Below are positions 1-12,171 of a stretch of DNA of 64,000 bases, piece after piece. The translations under genes and the position numbers were made by a program. A model generated the notes under the pieces. That model saw only the letters and a program-made list of their open reading frames with translations. It made no database searches and was not told the origin of the DNA. Source of the stretch: Octopus vulgaris. Lineage: Eukaryota. Position 1 is the stretch's first letter; each line of letters starts with the position of its first letter. The stretch covers positions 108,252,001 to 108,316,000 of the forward strand of contig OX597815.1 of assembly GCA_951406725.2 (NCBI GenBank), read 5' to 3'.

Positions 1-56
1 AACCCTTCAAGGTAGTGCCCCAGCATGGCAGCAGCCTAATGAGTAAAAGATAAAAG
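1..56 (+). mobile_element. 3' end of a tRNA-derived (OK/OR-like) SINE
   Basis: GTGCCCCAGCATGGCAGCAG...GAGTAAAAGATAAAAG resembles the 3' end of the full copy at 59950-60375. Confidence 0.55.
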
Positions 57-650
57 TGCCATAATAGGAACTCATTTGAAAAGTGTGCAGAGTCACAAAA
101 TTGTTCTCGGTGCAATTTTTCAGTGACAAAATTTTGCTTATTTGCAGTTATTTCAAAACATGTTATGGTGTGTAGGATGAACCTGGCTATCATCTACGTC
201 CATCATAAGGATTAATCTACAACTGTTTTTTTTCCAGGAAGGGCAGGGAACTTTCTTCTGCCTGGTGTTGATGGCAAAAGAGGTTGTATGGTGAACAAAA
301 TAGAAATACTAATGACAAACTCTTTCCTTCTCAAAGTGAGGTGTTTCTTTCCTGTAAATTTGCTGAAAGGTACGTGAGAGTGGCTATTATGACCTATGTA
401 AATAAATCTCTTTTCAGCATGTGGCCACAGGCTAGAGAATTCATCTGGGAAAGACTACATTTTGTGACAAATAAAGAAATAATGATTATTCATATTAAAT
501 AGTATTTTATTATTATTAATATTATTCATGATACAGTATGCATTATTTCTATAGTAGTGATAGTATATAGCTTTAAATCAGTGTTGTTTTTCAAACTTCT
601 ATTTTATTCATTTATTTATTTATCTATTTATTTTTATCATTATTATTATT

Positions 651-1180
651 GAATGAGAGAGTAGCACATGCCATCAATATGACATTGGGGTGCAAATATA
701 CGAAGCCCAATGTACTCATCATAACTACCTGTCTGATAAGGGTACACCAGGCTCATGCATCACAATCACATGTGTGCAACATGGTGATCTCATATCAAAA
801 TAGTGCATGACCTTGCAGATGGAGGTCAATTAGAATTTACTTCAGGTCGAGTAGCCCATCCTGCTCAAAAGGTCCCTGAATAAGAATTGTTTAAGGATGA
901 TGAATGAAACACTCATGTTTCCAAGGGTGAATTATCTTAACTCCAAAGAATTCCACTCAACACATAGCTATGATGTTCCCTCACTACTCCTGCTCATGAT
1001 TAGAAATGCATATATTGTCAGCCAGTAAGGGGCATGCTCAACTGGATGAGGTCAAGCAAATCTGTGGTATTTTCTGTAGCCCATCTTTCACACCAAGACA
1101 AAATATGTACATGATAGCACTTCCAATCAGTTAAGATCAGGAGCCATGAGAGCCACTGCCTGGTACTGCATCATAGCACT
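651..1180 (-). mobile_element. ~530-590 bp interspersed repeat inserted in a (TAA)n array (copy 1)
   Basis: Colinear with 63145-63738; both copies are flanked by TTA/TAA repeats; no ORF; strand inferred from the (TAA)n tail. Confidence 0.75.
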
Positions 1181-1214
1181 TATTGTTATTACTATTATTA
1201 TTAGTTTTATTATT

Positions 1215-1428
1215 AGGCAGCAAGCTGGAAGTATCGTTAGCACACTAGACAAAATGCTTAGTGGTATTTTGCCTGTTGCTATGTTCTGAGTTCAAATTTT
1301 GCCAAGGTTGACTGTGCCTTTTATTCTTTCAGGGTTGATAAAATAAGTACCAGTTGACCACTGAGGTCAAAGTAATTGACTCATTCTCTCCTCCAAAATT
1401 ACTGCCGTTGTGGCAAAATTTGAAACCA
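1215..1428 (+). mobile_element. tRNA-derived SINE with Meta-like central domain and (TTA)n tail
   Basis: GGCAGCAAGCTGG head, B-box-like GAGTTCAAAT, central GCCTTT..TCTTTCAGGGTTGATAAAATAAGTACCAG; many copies in the window; a truncated second head follows at 1456. Confidence 0.75.
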
Positions 1429-1597
1429 TTATTATTATTATTATTATTATTATTAGGCAGCAAGCTGGCAGATTTGTTAGCATGCCAGCTGAAATATTTA
1501 GCTGTATTTTGGGATACATATATATCCAACCCATGCTAGCATGGAAAACGGACGTTAAACGATGATGATGATGATGATGATATATATATTTATATAC

Positions 1598-1630
<33 letters not shown>

Positions 1631-2672
1631 TGTATGTATGTATAAAGGAGGCGATGGGGTGAATAAAAGAAATTGATTGTTAAATAAAATAATTAAAAGG
1701 GGAGATGTTTGTATAGTGAAGCTATATACCCCTCCCGGTAAAAAGTGGTAGGAACCAGCCATTATAAATAGAACAGTAGTTGATCATCAAGGGAGGGTCG
1801 AGAGTCAAAGAGTAGAGTGTTGACAGTCAGTGTCTTGTGGAGCTATCAGCAATAGTAAGACAGAAGTTAGTGTATTGCTATTGCAGTACGAAGAGATACA
1901 ATGGTGTCTGATGGTTATAGTAACTATTGTAGATACTTGCATAAAACAGCAACCTCAGTACAACAGCAGTCACACATCACACCAGTGGGAGGAATCCACT
2001 TTACAACACAGTTATAAGAATCAGAATGGCACTTTAATGTTCTGTCACCAACTTTGTTACTCTTATTCTTGAGTATAAATGTTTTATTCTTTACTTTACC
2101 TCAGTACATTGTAATTTTGTGGGTTAAGTAATGGAATTGAATTGGAAATAACTCTGTGATTCATGATGTTAATAGGCTAAAATTTTCTAATACTGATTTA
2201 CTCAGATCTGCAGATCTGATATATTACACAGTTTTATTTGCAGCTGTTTTATTTAATTGAAATATATAATGCACTACTTTCTCTCAAGTTTACTTCATAC
2301 TTAAATTTATTTCATACTTGAAAAATACTCATAAAACATTCATACAAATATCTGTTCTGACATACTACATCATCTTTCCTAAGATAGCACAGAAGTAATG
2401 AATGTTGCACTATAATAAACATATCTCTTGGAAGTGAAGAAGGATAGAAAACATAAGAAAAGATGTTTTAATTTCCCTAAAGTATAAGGAATTTTTGTCT
2501 TTATTATGTTATTTGCCATTTTGTTTGGTTAATTTGTGTTTTGGTTTCTTATCCTTCATTGAGACTTACAATACCCTAAGACTCAATGGTTGGATGTTTA
2601 AGTTTGCTACGCTACTGACCCCAAGCTCATAAATACTAATTTCACTGCTATTTTTATCATGCTTTCAAGCCA

Positions 2673-2942
2673 TGGAAATAGAGGTAACTCGAATGTGGAA
2701 TCTAAAAACAGAAACAATTCCTATGATAAAAAAATATTCAGACAAATACATAATAAAAACACCAGGACTTACAAATATATATAACATACAGAAAATTGCA
2801 CTACTAGGCACTGCACACATCCTATGCGAAACACTTTCAATACAGTAACCATAAGAGTATCACAGCACATCACAGCACATACTCAAGGCACACAGAGCTG
2901 CACTTGGTAGTGAAGTGAAAGCACATTATAAAAATGAAACTA

Positions 2943-2945
<3 letters not shown>
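2673..2945 (+). mobile_element. Short 3' fragment of the Dong/R4-like LINE
   Basis: Near-identical to 4691-4984 with a ~21-bp internal deletion; followed by (TAA)n. Confidence 0.9.
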
Positions 2946-2996
<51 letters not shown>

Positions 2997-2997
<1 letters not shown>

Positions 2998-4981
2998 GAA
3001 AGGCCTCAGTATGGCCTGGATTGACTACAAAAAGGCGTTTGATAGCATCCCCCACACATGGATCCTCGAAACACTAGCCATTAACAAAGTAGCACCAACA
3101 ATCATAAAATTCATAGAGCACTCTATGAATAAATGGCAAACAGTCCTACACCTCCAAACAAAAGAGGGACTCATGAAAACCAAAGACATCCCCATTAGAA
3201 GAGGAATATTCCAGGGAGACACGCTCTCTCCACTCCTTTTCTGCTTGGCACTGTCACCTCTATCTGATATGCTAAATAGAACTGGATGCGGATATAAATG
3301 TTACGGCAAAACGATCAGCCACCTTTTATATATGGATGACCTAAAACTATACGCTGCAAATGACAAACAGCTGGAAACACTATTAAAGACAGTTCATGGA
3401 TTTACCAAAGAAATAGATATGAAATTTGGATTAGAAAAATGCGCCAAAGTAACCATGAAAAGAGGAAAACTAGTTAAGAGTAACAACATCACACTAGATA
3501 AAACCAATGAAATAAAAGAATTAGACCAAAGCCAAACTTACAAATACTTAGGAATTCATGAACTAGATAAGACACAACACACACAAATGAAAGAGAAAAT
3601 AAAAAAAGAATATTATAGACGAGTTAGATCAATACTAAAAACAGAGCTCAATGCTAAAAACAAGATAATAGGTATCAACACTTTAGCTGTCCCAGTTATA
3701 AGTTACAGCTACAACATCCTTAACTGGACACGAAATGAACTGTCCAAAATAGATAGGAAAACAAGAAAAATACTGACAGGATCTAGGATGCATCACCCAA
3801 AATCTGACATAGAAAGACTATATATACAACGTATAGAAGGTGGTAGAGGCCTTATACAGCTGGAAAACTACTATAAAATAACCACCATAGGACTGCAAAA
3901 ATACCTACTTCAGAAGGAAGGAAAACTGATCCAGATAGCAGCAAAACACGAGCAAAACAAAAAACTGTTCTCAGTATTTAAGGAAGCTGACAAATACAAA
4001 CATGAAATCATACCACCTAATAAACACAAAGAAGAAGAAGATGATGAAGAAACAACAAAAGCTATAAAACAAATGAAATCCAAACTAAAAATAGAACAGC
4101 AACGAGCCATGATAAAACGATGACAAGAAAAGCCCCTTCATGGTAAATACTGCACTAAACTAAACGCAAAAGAAATAGACAAAGAAAAATCCCAGCAATG
4201 GTTGAGAAGCTCAGGACTCAAAGCAGAAACAGAGGGATTTTTAATTGCAGCACAAGACCAAAGCCTCCCCACCAGAAATTACCAAAAACATGTAATGAAA
4301 AGAAATATTACAAGTAACTGCAGAATATGTGGAGATGGACAAGAAACAATAAATCATATTATCTCTAGCTGCCCAGTCCTAGCTAAGAAGGAATATATTC
4401 ACAGACATGACAGAGTTGGAACCTACATACATTGGAAGCTATGCCAACATTATGGAATAACAACAGAAAAAAGATGGTATAGGCACACACCAGAAAAGGT
4501 CACAGAAAACGAGAAAGCAACCATACTCTGGGATATGCCGATACACACAGATAGAGAAATTAAGGCCAACAGACCAGATATAGTTGTCAGAGATCATGAA
4601 GAAAAAAATGCTTTGTAATTGATGTATCAATACCGGCAGATGACAACGTGTCTCTAAAAGAAATGGAGAAACTCTCAAAATACAAAGACCTGGAAATAGA
4701 GGTAACTAGAATGTGGAACCTGAAAACAGAAACAATTCCTATCATAGTAGGTGCATTAGGCATGATAAAAAAATATTCAGACAAATACATAACAAAAACA
4801 CCAGGACTTACAAACACATATAACATACAGAAAATTGCACTACTAGGCACTGCACACATCCTACGCAGAACACTTTCCATACAATAACCATCAGAGCATC
4901 ACAACAAATCACAGCACATACCCAAGGCACACAGAGCTGCGCTCGGTAGTGAAGTGAAAGCACGCTATAAAAATAAAACTA

Positions 4982-4984
<3 letters not shown>
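2997..4984 (+). mobile_element. 5'-truncated Dong/R4-clade non-LTR retrotransposon (RT plus restriction-like endonuclease)
   Basis: RT motifs WIDYKKAFDS, RGIFQGDTLSPLLF, HLLYMDD and GGRGL; CCHC knuckle CRICGDGQETINHIISSC; RHD; RPDIVV..IDVSIP endonuclease; (TAA)n on both sides. Confidence 0.93.
3011..4887 (+). pseudogene. Disrupted RT/REL-endonuclease ORF of the Dong/R4 LINE
   Basis: ORFs 3011-4123 and 4202-4618 are in the same frame across one TGA; a frameshift in the A-run near 4602-4608 leads to the 4648-4887 frame. Confidence 0.88.
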
Positions 4985-5055
<71 letters not shown>

Positions 5056-5056
5056 C

Positions 5057-5423
5057 AACAAGAGCTCTCAGAGAGTGCAGATCTCTTCTAAGGCAACACC
5101 AACGTTCTCTCAACAATTAGAGATGATTCTTAAAATGAGAATATCTGAAATAAACCCGATTGCTCTCAGAAACGAGAATACTAAAAATGAACCCGACTTC
5201 TCTCTAAAATTAAGTAAAAAAAACAGGAAAAATAATCTAGGACCCTTGTCCGGTACCAGGTTGATGCCAAAATCTTATCAGTTTGTGTCAATCACGAGGC
5301 CAAACATCAATGAAAGTTGCATCTGAATCCATCCAGCGGTTCTTGGGATAACTTGTCCATGGTCAAATAAGCAAACAAACACAACTGAAAACAATACTTC
5401 TACCTTCGCTAAGGTGGAGGTAA
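5057..5423 (-). mobile_element. Non-autonomous Helentron/DINE-1-like (HINE) element
   Basis: Minus strand begins TTACCTCCACCTTAGCGAAGGTAGAAG (hairpin), then a GTTT microsatellite, and ends CCTTAGAAGAGATCTGCACTCTCTGAGAGCTCTTGTT, an architecture typical of HINEs. Confidence 0.65.
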
Positions 5424-6769
5424 TAATTATGATGACCACAGCAACAACTATTTACAATTGAGTATTAAAGAAATACACTTGTTTTGAAAAAATACCACTC
5501 TTGCAATGTTATGTTAATAGCAAAACTTTAAAGAAATATCCAACCTAGAAGTTGGATATAAAAATACACTATAGAAAGAAAAAAAAAATGAACTGAAATA
5601 ATTTCTTCAGGTTTGAAGTTAAATAATTAAAAGAAAATAATTAGTTTCCATTTCTTTTGTTTTATTTAATTACAAAAAGCCAATATGAACATTTTCTAAT
5701 TACAGACTTTCTTTTCACTGCTGTTTGCAAAGAATTCATTCTTCAAAAATATGAAACAAGAATATTTCAAAGTTTCCCTGCAGAATTGAAAGCATAATCA
5801 TAACTTTAACAATATAAGATATAATCCTATGGAACTGCACAAAAAGAGAAAAACGATTGCCAAATAATATATATATATAAGAGGCAATGTGGTTGTGAAA
5901 AGAAACAAAACACACCCTTCCCAGATATTTTATTGTTGTTCTTTTTCTTTCTTTTTCATTTCTTTCGAGAAATACCATTACAGAAGTGTGCTTCTTGCTA
6001 TAATACATTTACTATTCGTATGTCAAAACACATATCTTTAAATCTCTTGCTATTTCCTTTTCCCTCACGTGTTTGCTTTTTTGTATGTGTTTATATGTGT
6101 GCACACACAGACATATACCCCCACACATACACACACACAGACATATACCTACACACACACACACACACGTTTGCAGCCACTGCTCTCTTCCTTCCACTAT
6201 ACTCCATTCTTAACACCTCTTTTATCTGTTATTATTCTCAATACCCTCTTACACCTATCATCACACCCAACTTAATACAACCCCTTTCAACCACTATGTC
6301 TCCCCCTCTTCAGTGCTTCAACATTTCCCCATCATTCCACTACTTTCTGATCTGTTCTTCCTGAACAACTCCTATGTCTCTCACCTTACTCTTTCTCATA
6401 CTGGTATTTCCCTTCAACTGCACCACCACCCTTATTCATCTCTCATTATATTCATTTCTCCCTCCATTTCTACCCTCATCTCTGTTATCCCCCTTCACCT
6501 TCTTATGAAAGTATCCTTCCCATGACTCACTGTCTCTATCCTCTCTTATATTCACTCTCTGGTACCTTGAGAGTTTTTCCTGGCACCCCATTACTTCTTT
6601 CCTTTCATCTAGTCAGCTATATATCTCCTCTATAGCAAGACACCTGTGCCTGTCTCTCTGTTATACATTAGCCTTTCAACACCTTCCTCTCCCAAAGATT
6701 CCCTTCTTAATAGTGTGAGCTTTTCTTTTCCCTTGGTCTTTTTTTCTATGTTGCAAGTTTACATGGCAA

Positions 6770-6970
6770 ACTCACCAGTGCCTTTAGCACCAAAAATGCA
6801 GCCAGTACATTTGTAAAGTGGTTGGCAGCAGAAAGGGCCTCCAGCTATTGAAACCAAGTCAAAACTGACATTGGAGATTGATGCAGCTTTGCTGCTTGCT
6901 GAAACCTGTCAAACCATCCAACCCATGCCAGCATGGAAAACAGACATTAAATGATGATGATGATGATAAT
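6770..6970 (+). mobile_element. 3' end of an RTE-type LINE/SINE with (GAT)n tail
   Basis: CCAACCCATGCCAGCATGGAAAA..GACATTAAATGATGATG; the same end recurs at ~1525, 10086(-), 23790, 26335(-), 34970(-), 43150, 46010 and 54900. Confidence 0.7.
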
Positions 6971-8104
6971 GATGTTTATATATCAAATATATATGCATAT
7001 ATACAAGTGTGTGCATATATAATACATGCATACACATACACACATATAAATACTTCTGTATATATTTATCATTCTAATTTGCTCCTTTTTTTGTTTAGTT
7101 AATATAATTCTATATACACATACTTTTTCAGCCATCTGTTCACATAATCAGACATACACTAATATATATATATATCAAAGACTATTCTTTCACTTTATCT
7201 ATTATAACAACTAATTCTTACACTTTTTACGTAGCAATCAGTTTTTTCAGTTGTCAGTTTCTGGCTTGTAGTTGGTTTTTATTCTTTTAAAGATATAAAT
7301 CAGACAAATTCCCTTCTGTGTGCAATACTAGAAATAAACAGTCTTATCATAAGTAAAAATACGAAAGAAAATGTATAAGTTACTTGGAAAATATGACAAC
7401 TAGATGTATTTTTGTGTGTTTATGAACTTCATAGCAATCTGTGTAGTGAATGATCCATCAGTTTTTTTTAATGGCTAAATGAAGTTTCTTCAAAGTTAAT
7501 TGCTCCAATGTAATTTCATCAGATGTCGACTTTTGTTAAACATAATCAGAAAGTTGCTGAGTTGCTGGTTTCACAATCATACGAAACACTACATCACATG
7601 TCAAGGTTTTCCTTTTCTTTTCTTTTTTTCATGATGGTTGGTCTCTTTCTGGAACACTGGGAAGAAAAAGCAGCACTGAAGAAAAAAGCTGTGCTGAAAG
7701 AGGTGAAAGAGAGAGAAATAAGGTATTATAACGACTGCAAGATTAGATAGGTGGGAGATTGATAGGTTGGCAGTAATGCAAGCAGACTGTTGAAATAGGG
7801 AGTGGGGGAGAGATTGAGAGAGGAAAGGATGGAGTGAGAAAGAAATGAGAAGTAGAAAAAAATAGAGACAGGAAATTAGAGAGATTATATGATAAAATGA
7901 CAGAGGTATAGAGAATAAGTGAATGAGAGAAAGAGGAGGGGAGAGAGGGAAGAAAGATGGTGGGGGTGGGAGTTTGTGCATAATATGGAAACTAGGAGAG
8001 ACATTGGAAAATGAAGTGAAGGGATAGAAGAATTTGATTATAGGAGAGAGAAAAAAATGAGGGAAATGTTTATATATATACATACATATATTATATATTA
8101 CATA

Positions 8105-8170
<66 letters not shown>

Positions 8171-8268
8171 GTATCCTCCTCCTCATCATCATCATCATTT
8201 AACATCTATTGTCCATATTGGCATGATTTGGACAGTTTGACTAGATCTGACAAGGTGAGAAGCTGCAC

Positions 8269-8299
<31 letters not shown>

Positions 8300-8302
<3 letters not shown>

Positions 8303-8774
8303 GTTATCGCCAAGCTAACATGGCAGTTCAGAAAAATAGGACGAATGCTGCTGCTGTTGATTAGCTCCAAGAGGCCATTGCCTCTAGTTAGCTATATGAC
8401 ACACAAACCTGTGTCCATTACAACCTTTGAACAGGAAAGGTCATCAGCTTCCCCATGCTGGTTCAGACATCCACAAACTAGTTTCAGGGTATTTGCCCTT
8501 TATCAATGTGGAGTAGTGGAACCCAGCAGGCATCACCGTTGACTGTCTGTTCTGGGTTCCACTACTTCACATTGATAAAGGGCAAATACCCTGAAACTAG
8601 TTTGTGGATGTCTGAACCAGCATGGGGAAGCTGATGACCTTTCCTGTTCAAAGGTTGTAATGGACACAAGTTTGTGTGTCACATAGCTAGCTAGAGGCAA
8701 TATCCTCTTAGGGCTTATCAATGGCAGCATCCATCCTATTTTCTGGATTGCCACATTAGGTTGGCAATAACTAT
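8300..8774. repeat. Long inverted repeat (~228-bp arms, ~20-nt spacer), Penelope pLTR-like
   Basis: 8300-8530 is the reverse complement of ~8546-8774; the inner halves are nearly identical. Confidence 0.95.
8566..8608 (+). ncRNA. Minimal type I hammerhead ribozyme, U3-A8 core variant (mirror copy on the minus strand at ~8470-8512)
   Basis: TTCACA-TTGATAA-AGGG-CAAATA-CCCT-GAAA-C-TA-G-TT-TGTGGA: stems I and II pair fully; stem III lies in the palindrome AACTAGTT. Confidence 0.65.
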
Positions 8775-8852
8775 TAATATCCAGCACTGCTGGCATAGTC
8801 TCCTTTAAAGAAATTTAGAAATAATATATATATATTTATATATATATGAATG

Positions 8853-8883
<31 letters not shown>

Positions 8884-8921
8884 ATATCATCATCATATAC
8901 ATATATGTATATATATATATA

Positions 8922-8963
<42 letters not shown>

Positions 8964-9171
8964 CACACAAACGTAAAACATGTATATGTACATATATATA
9001 AACCTTGGTTCCTCACAGGTTGTCAAGTATGTATGTGTGTATATGTGAGTCATTGTGTTTGTGTTTACAAACACAATGACTCACACATACACACATACAT
9101 ACATACATACATACATACATACATACATACATACATACATACATACAAACATACATACATACATACATACA

Positions 9172-9205
<34 letters not shown>

Positions 9206-9709
9206 CATACATACAGAGAGATAGATATCAACTAATAGATAGATTGATAGATAGGGAGAAATGTTAGACTTAACTACATATGTGTAAGTGAAAATAATGC
9301 AAGAGAGTGAGAGGCAGGGTAAATGAATCAGAATGCTAAAATGAAACAAGAAGAAATTATTGCAAGTCTTAAAGAAAAACACAAGGAATTACTGAAAGAA
9401 GGTAAAAATAATAAAAGAACTTTATTTTTTTTTTTATGTCTCCTACACCAGTACCAAAAAAAGTATTATTAGAGTTATCTTTCTTTGTTACTAATTTCTT
9501 TCTCTGCAATTGGGTAAAGTTTTGGTTTATGCACTTTTAAAGTACATACTGAATAATTGTTCATTGCATTGTCTATAACAACATGTAAGTATCTGTATTT
9601 GAAATAAACATGGTCTTCTATATCTGAACTATATTTTAATATCATGCTCAATGCAACCAAGTAAGAGAAACATAATTGTTATCATTATTGATGACATGGT
9701 TATACGAGT

Positions 9710-10072
9710 ATCTTTTAGCTTTTACTTGTGTCAGTCATTGAACTGCTACCATGCTGGATTCCCACAGTGAAAAGTTTATTCAAACAAATTGGCTACAGTA
9801 CCTACCTTTCTTTTAAGTTTCTTACTTGTTCTGTTGGTCTCTTTTTATTGAAATACTGAGTTAGAGGGATGTAAACAAACCAACAGCAGTTGTCGAGTGC
9901 TGGTGGGGGACAAACATAGGCATGGACCCCCCACACACACACACATACACATATCTGACAGCCTTTGGCTGGCAAGGGGCTATAATAGAAGATACTTACC
10001 CAGGGTGCTTCACAGTGGGTCTGAAACCAAAACCCTATGGTTGGGAAGCAAACATCTTACCATACAGCCACA
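9710..10072 (-). mobile_element. Degraded OK/OR-like SINE
   Basis: Reverse complement resembles 59950-60375. Confidence 0.65.
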
Positions 10073-10215
10073 TATGTACTTATGTCATCATCATCATCAT
10101 CGTTTAACGTCCGTTCTCCTTGCTAGCATGGGTTGGGTGGTTCGACAGGTGATCTGGGAAGCCAGAAGGCTGCACCAGGCTCCAGTCTGATCTGGCAGTG
10201 TTTCTACAGCTGGAT

Positions 10216-10308
10216 ATTACATTGTAAATTCTACACCACTGAAAACATATTAAGATGCTTCGATCAGAAATTTTGAAAATTAAAGGTGTCTGTTTACTTC
10301 CTGCATGT
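10216..10308 (-). mobile_element. Terminal fragment of the Tc1 family at 10922-12171
   Basis: Reverse complement of the left TIR/subterminal region. Confidence 0.75.
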
Positions 10309-10692
10309 AAGTAATATAAATAATATGTAAGTAATACTTAGGATTCATGATCGATTGTGTAATCAACCAATGACATCACATCTGCTTGTGTGTGAAGAAT
10401 ATTTTATGATATTGTGAAGAAGTGGTCATAGCAGCTGCTACCATAGATGAGTGGAGATGAGTAAATGTAGCAGTAATTCTACTCTAAACATTACTAACAA
10501 CAAGAACAGCAGCAATAGGAACCATGGAAACAAATAATATTCATTGTCAGGAGATTAAAAGTATAATAAACTTAGGATAGTTTTTTTTAAAAGCTTTACA
10601 GTGAAGTGTTGCTTTGTTCTGGAAACTATATCTACATTAGGCTAAATTAATTGCAGTTAGTGTACAAAACTGATCTTGAAATAATATTAATA

Positions 10693-10880
10693 AGCAAATA
10701 CAAAATGCTTAGTAGCAGTCTCTCCGTTTTTATATTCTGAGTTCAAATTCTACTGAAGTTGACTTTGCCTTTGACCCTTTCAGGGTCGATAAAATAAATA
10801 CCAGTTGAGCACTGGGGCTGATGTAATCAACTTACCCCAACCTCTGAAATTTCTAGCCTTATTCCAAAATTTGAAACCAA
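10693..10880 (+). mobile_element. Meta-like SINE copy
   Basis: GACTTTGCCTTTGACCCTTTCAGGGTCGATAAAATAAATACCAG...CAAAATTTGAAACC. Confidence 0.7.
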
Positions 10881-10921
10881 TATTTATCAGAAAAATAGCT
10901 ACCTTATAAATATCTTATATA

Positions 10922-12171
10922 CACAGACATAAAGGAAGTAAATAGACAACTTTAATTTTCAAAATTTCTGATCTAAGCATCTTAATATGTGTTCAGCGGG
11001 GTAGAATTTACAATGTAATTGTTCTTTTTCATTCCAGATGCTATTATATTAAACATTTGTGAAGAGTAACCGTGCCATGCACAAAAAATTCAGTAGAACT
11101 GTCAGATTTTCAAAGATGTTGTATTGTTGAGCAATCTGAAGCTGGTTTTAGCCAGCAAAAAATTGCCAAAAATCTTCAAATTCCACTTACTACTGTTAAT
11201 AGAATTATAGTGAAATTCAAAAGCCAAGGAAATGAGTCAACAGATTCTCATCCTGGCCGGCCTGGGCCCTTGGAAAGGAAGCTTTGCTGTTTGAAGTGAA
11301 TTGTGGAAAATGAACCCTGTTCGAAGGTTTCTGACATCACAAAACAGCTAGAAGTTAGTCCAAGAATGTGTGTTACATATGGATGAGCAGCTAGCAGAAA
11401 ACCTCTCCTTCGACCAATTAATATCATGAAAAGAAAGAAATGGGCTAAGGAGATGTCAGAAAAATCTCATTCATTTTGGGATAGAGTAATTTTCTCAGAT
11501 AAATCCAGATTTGCATTATTTTCAAACAGTGAATGTGTTTGGGTCTGGAGGCTTCCCAATCAAGAATTTGATTTGAAATGACTCCAACCAACTGTGGAAC
11601 ATGGCAGTATCTCTGTAATGGTATGGGGAGCTGTCACCAGCAATGGTCGTTCTGAGCTGATCAAATGTGTTGGAACCATAAACTCTGAACAATACATCGA
11701 AATACTTAAGCAAGGACTACTTCCAATATATTTATATGATAACATAATGAAAAATGAGTTTTTATTCATGGAAGATGGGGCTCCATGCCACATAGTGAAA
11801 AGGAATCAACAATGGCTGACTGAAAATGGGATCAAAAAGCTTCCTTGGCTGAGCCAATCTCCTGACATGAACCCAATTGAAAATCTTTGGAGCATACTAG
11901 ATAGAGCTATACAAAAAACTCAATAGAAGCCTAAATCTAAAGATGAATTGTTTCAATTGCTGCGTGAAAAGTGGGCAGAAATTCCACAAGAGACAATCAC
12001 AAAGCTCATCAGTTCAATGCCAAAAAGAGTTTCTGAATTAAAAACTGCAAAGGGAATGTCAACTAAATACTAAAGTATGTAGTTCTACCTATCGGTTACA
12101 TTTCAATTGTTCACTTTGCGTATTAAATAAACGATTTTGAAAAATTAAAGGTGTCTTCCTTCATGTCTGTG
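10922..12171 (+). mobile_element. Full-length decayed Tc1-like (DD34E) DNA transposon
   Basis: TIRs CACAGACAT.AAGGAAG.. / ..CTTCCTTCATGTCTGTG with TA on both sides; broken transposase 11072-12073 with HTH, FSDKSRF, VMVWG, FMEDGAPCH and SPDMNPIENLW. Confidence 0.92.

Noticed and set aside
1639-2229. Possible solo LTR (TG...CA, TATA-like box)
   Set aside because: No second copy, TSD, PBS or PPT identifiable
8631-8662. Second CTGATGA with a CCTTT/AAAGG stem in the fold-back arm
   Set aside because: Followed by TTGTAA rather than GAAA, with no stem III or cleavage triplet
8057-9382. Long ORFs rich in YI, HT or MYVC (also at 30.0, 38.4, 49.3-49.8 and 57.4-59.0 kb)
   Set aside because: Translations of (TA)n, (CA)n, (CATA)n and (TAA)n microsatellites, not genes
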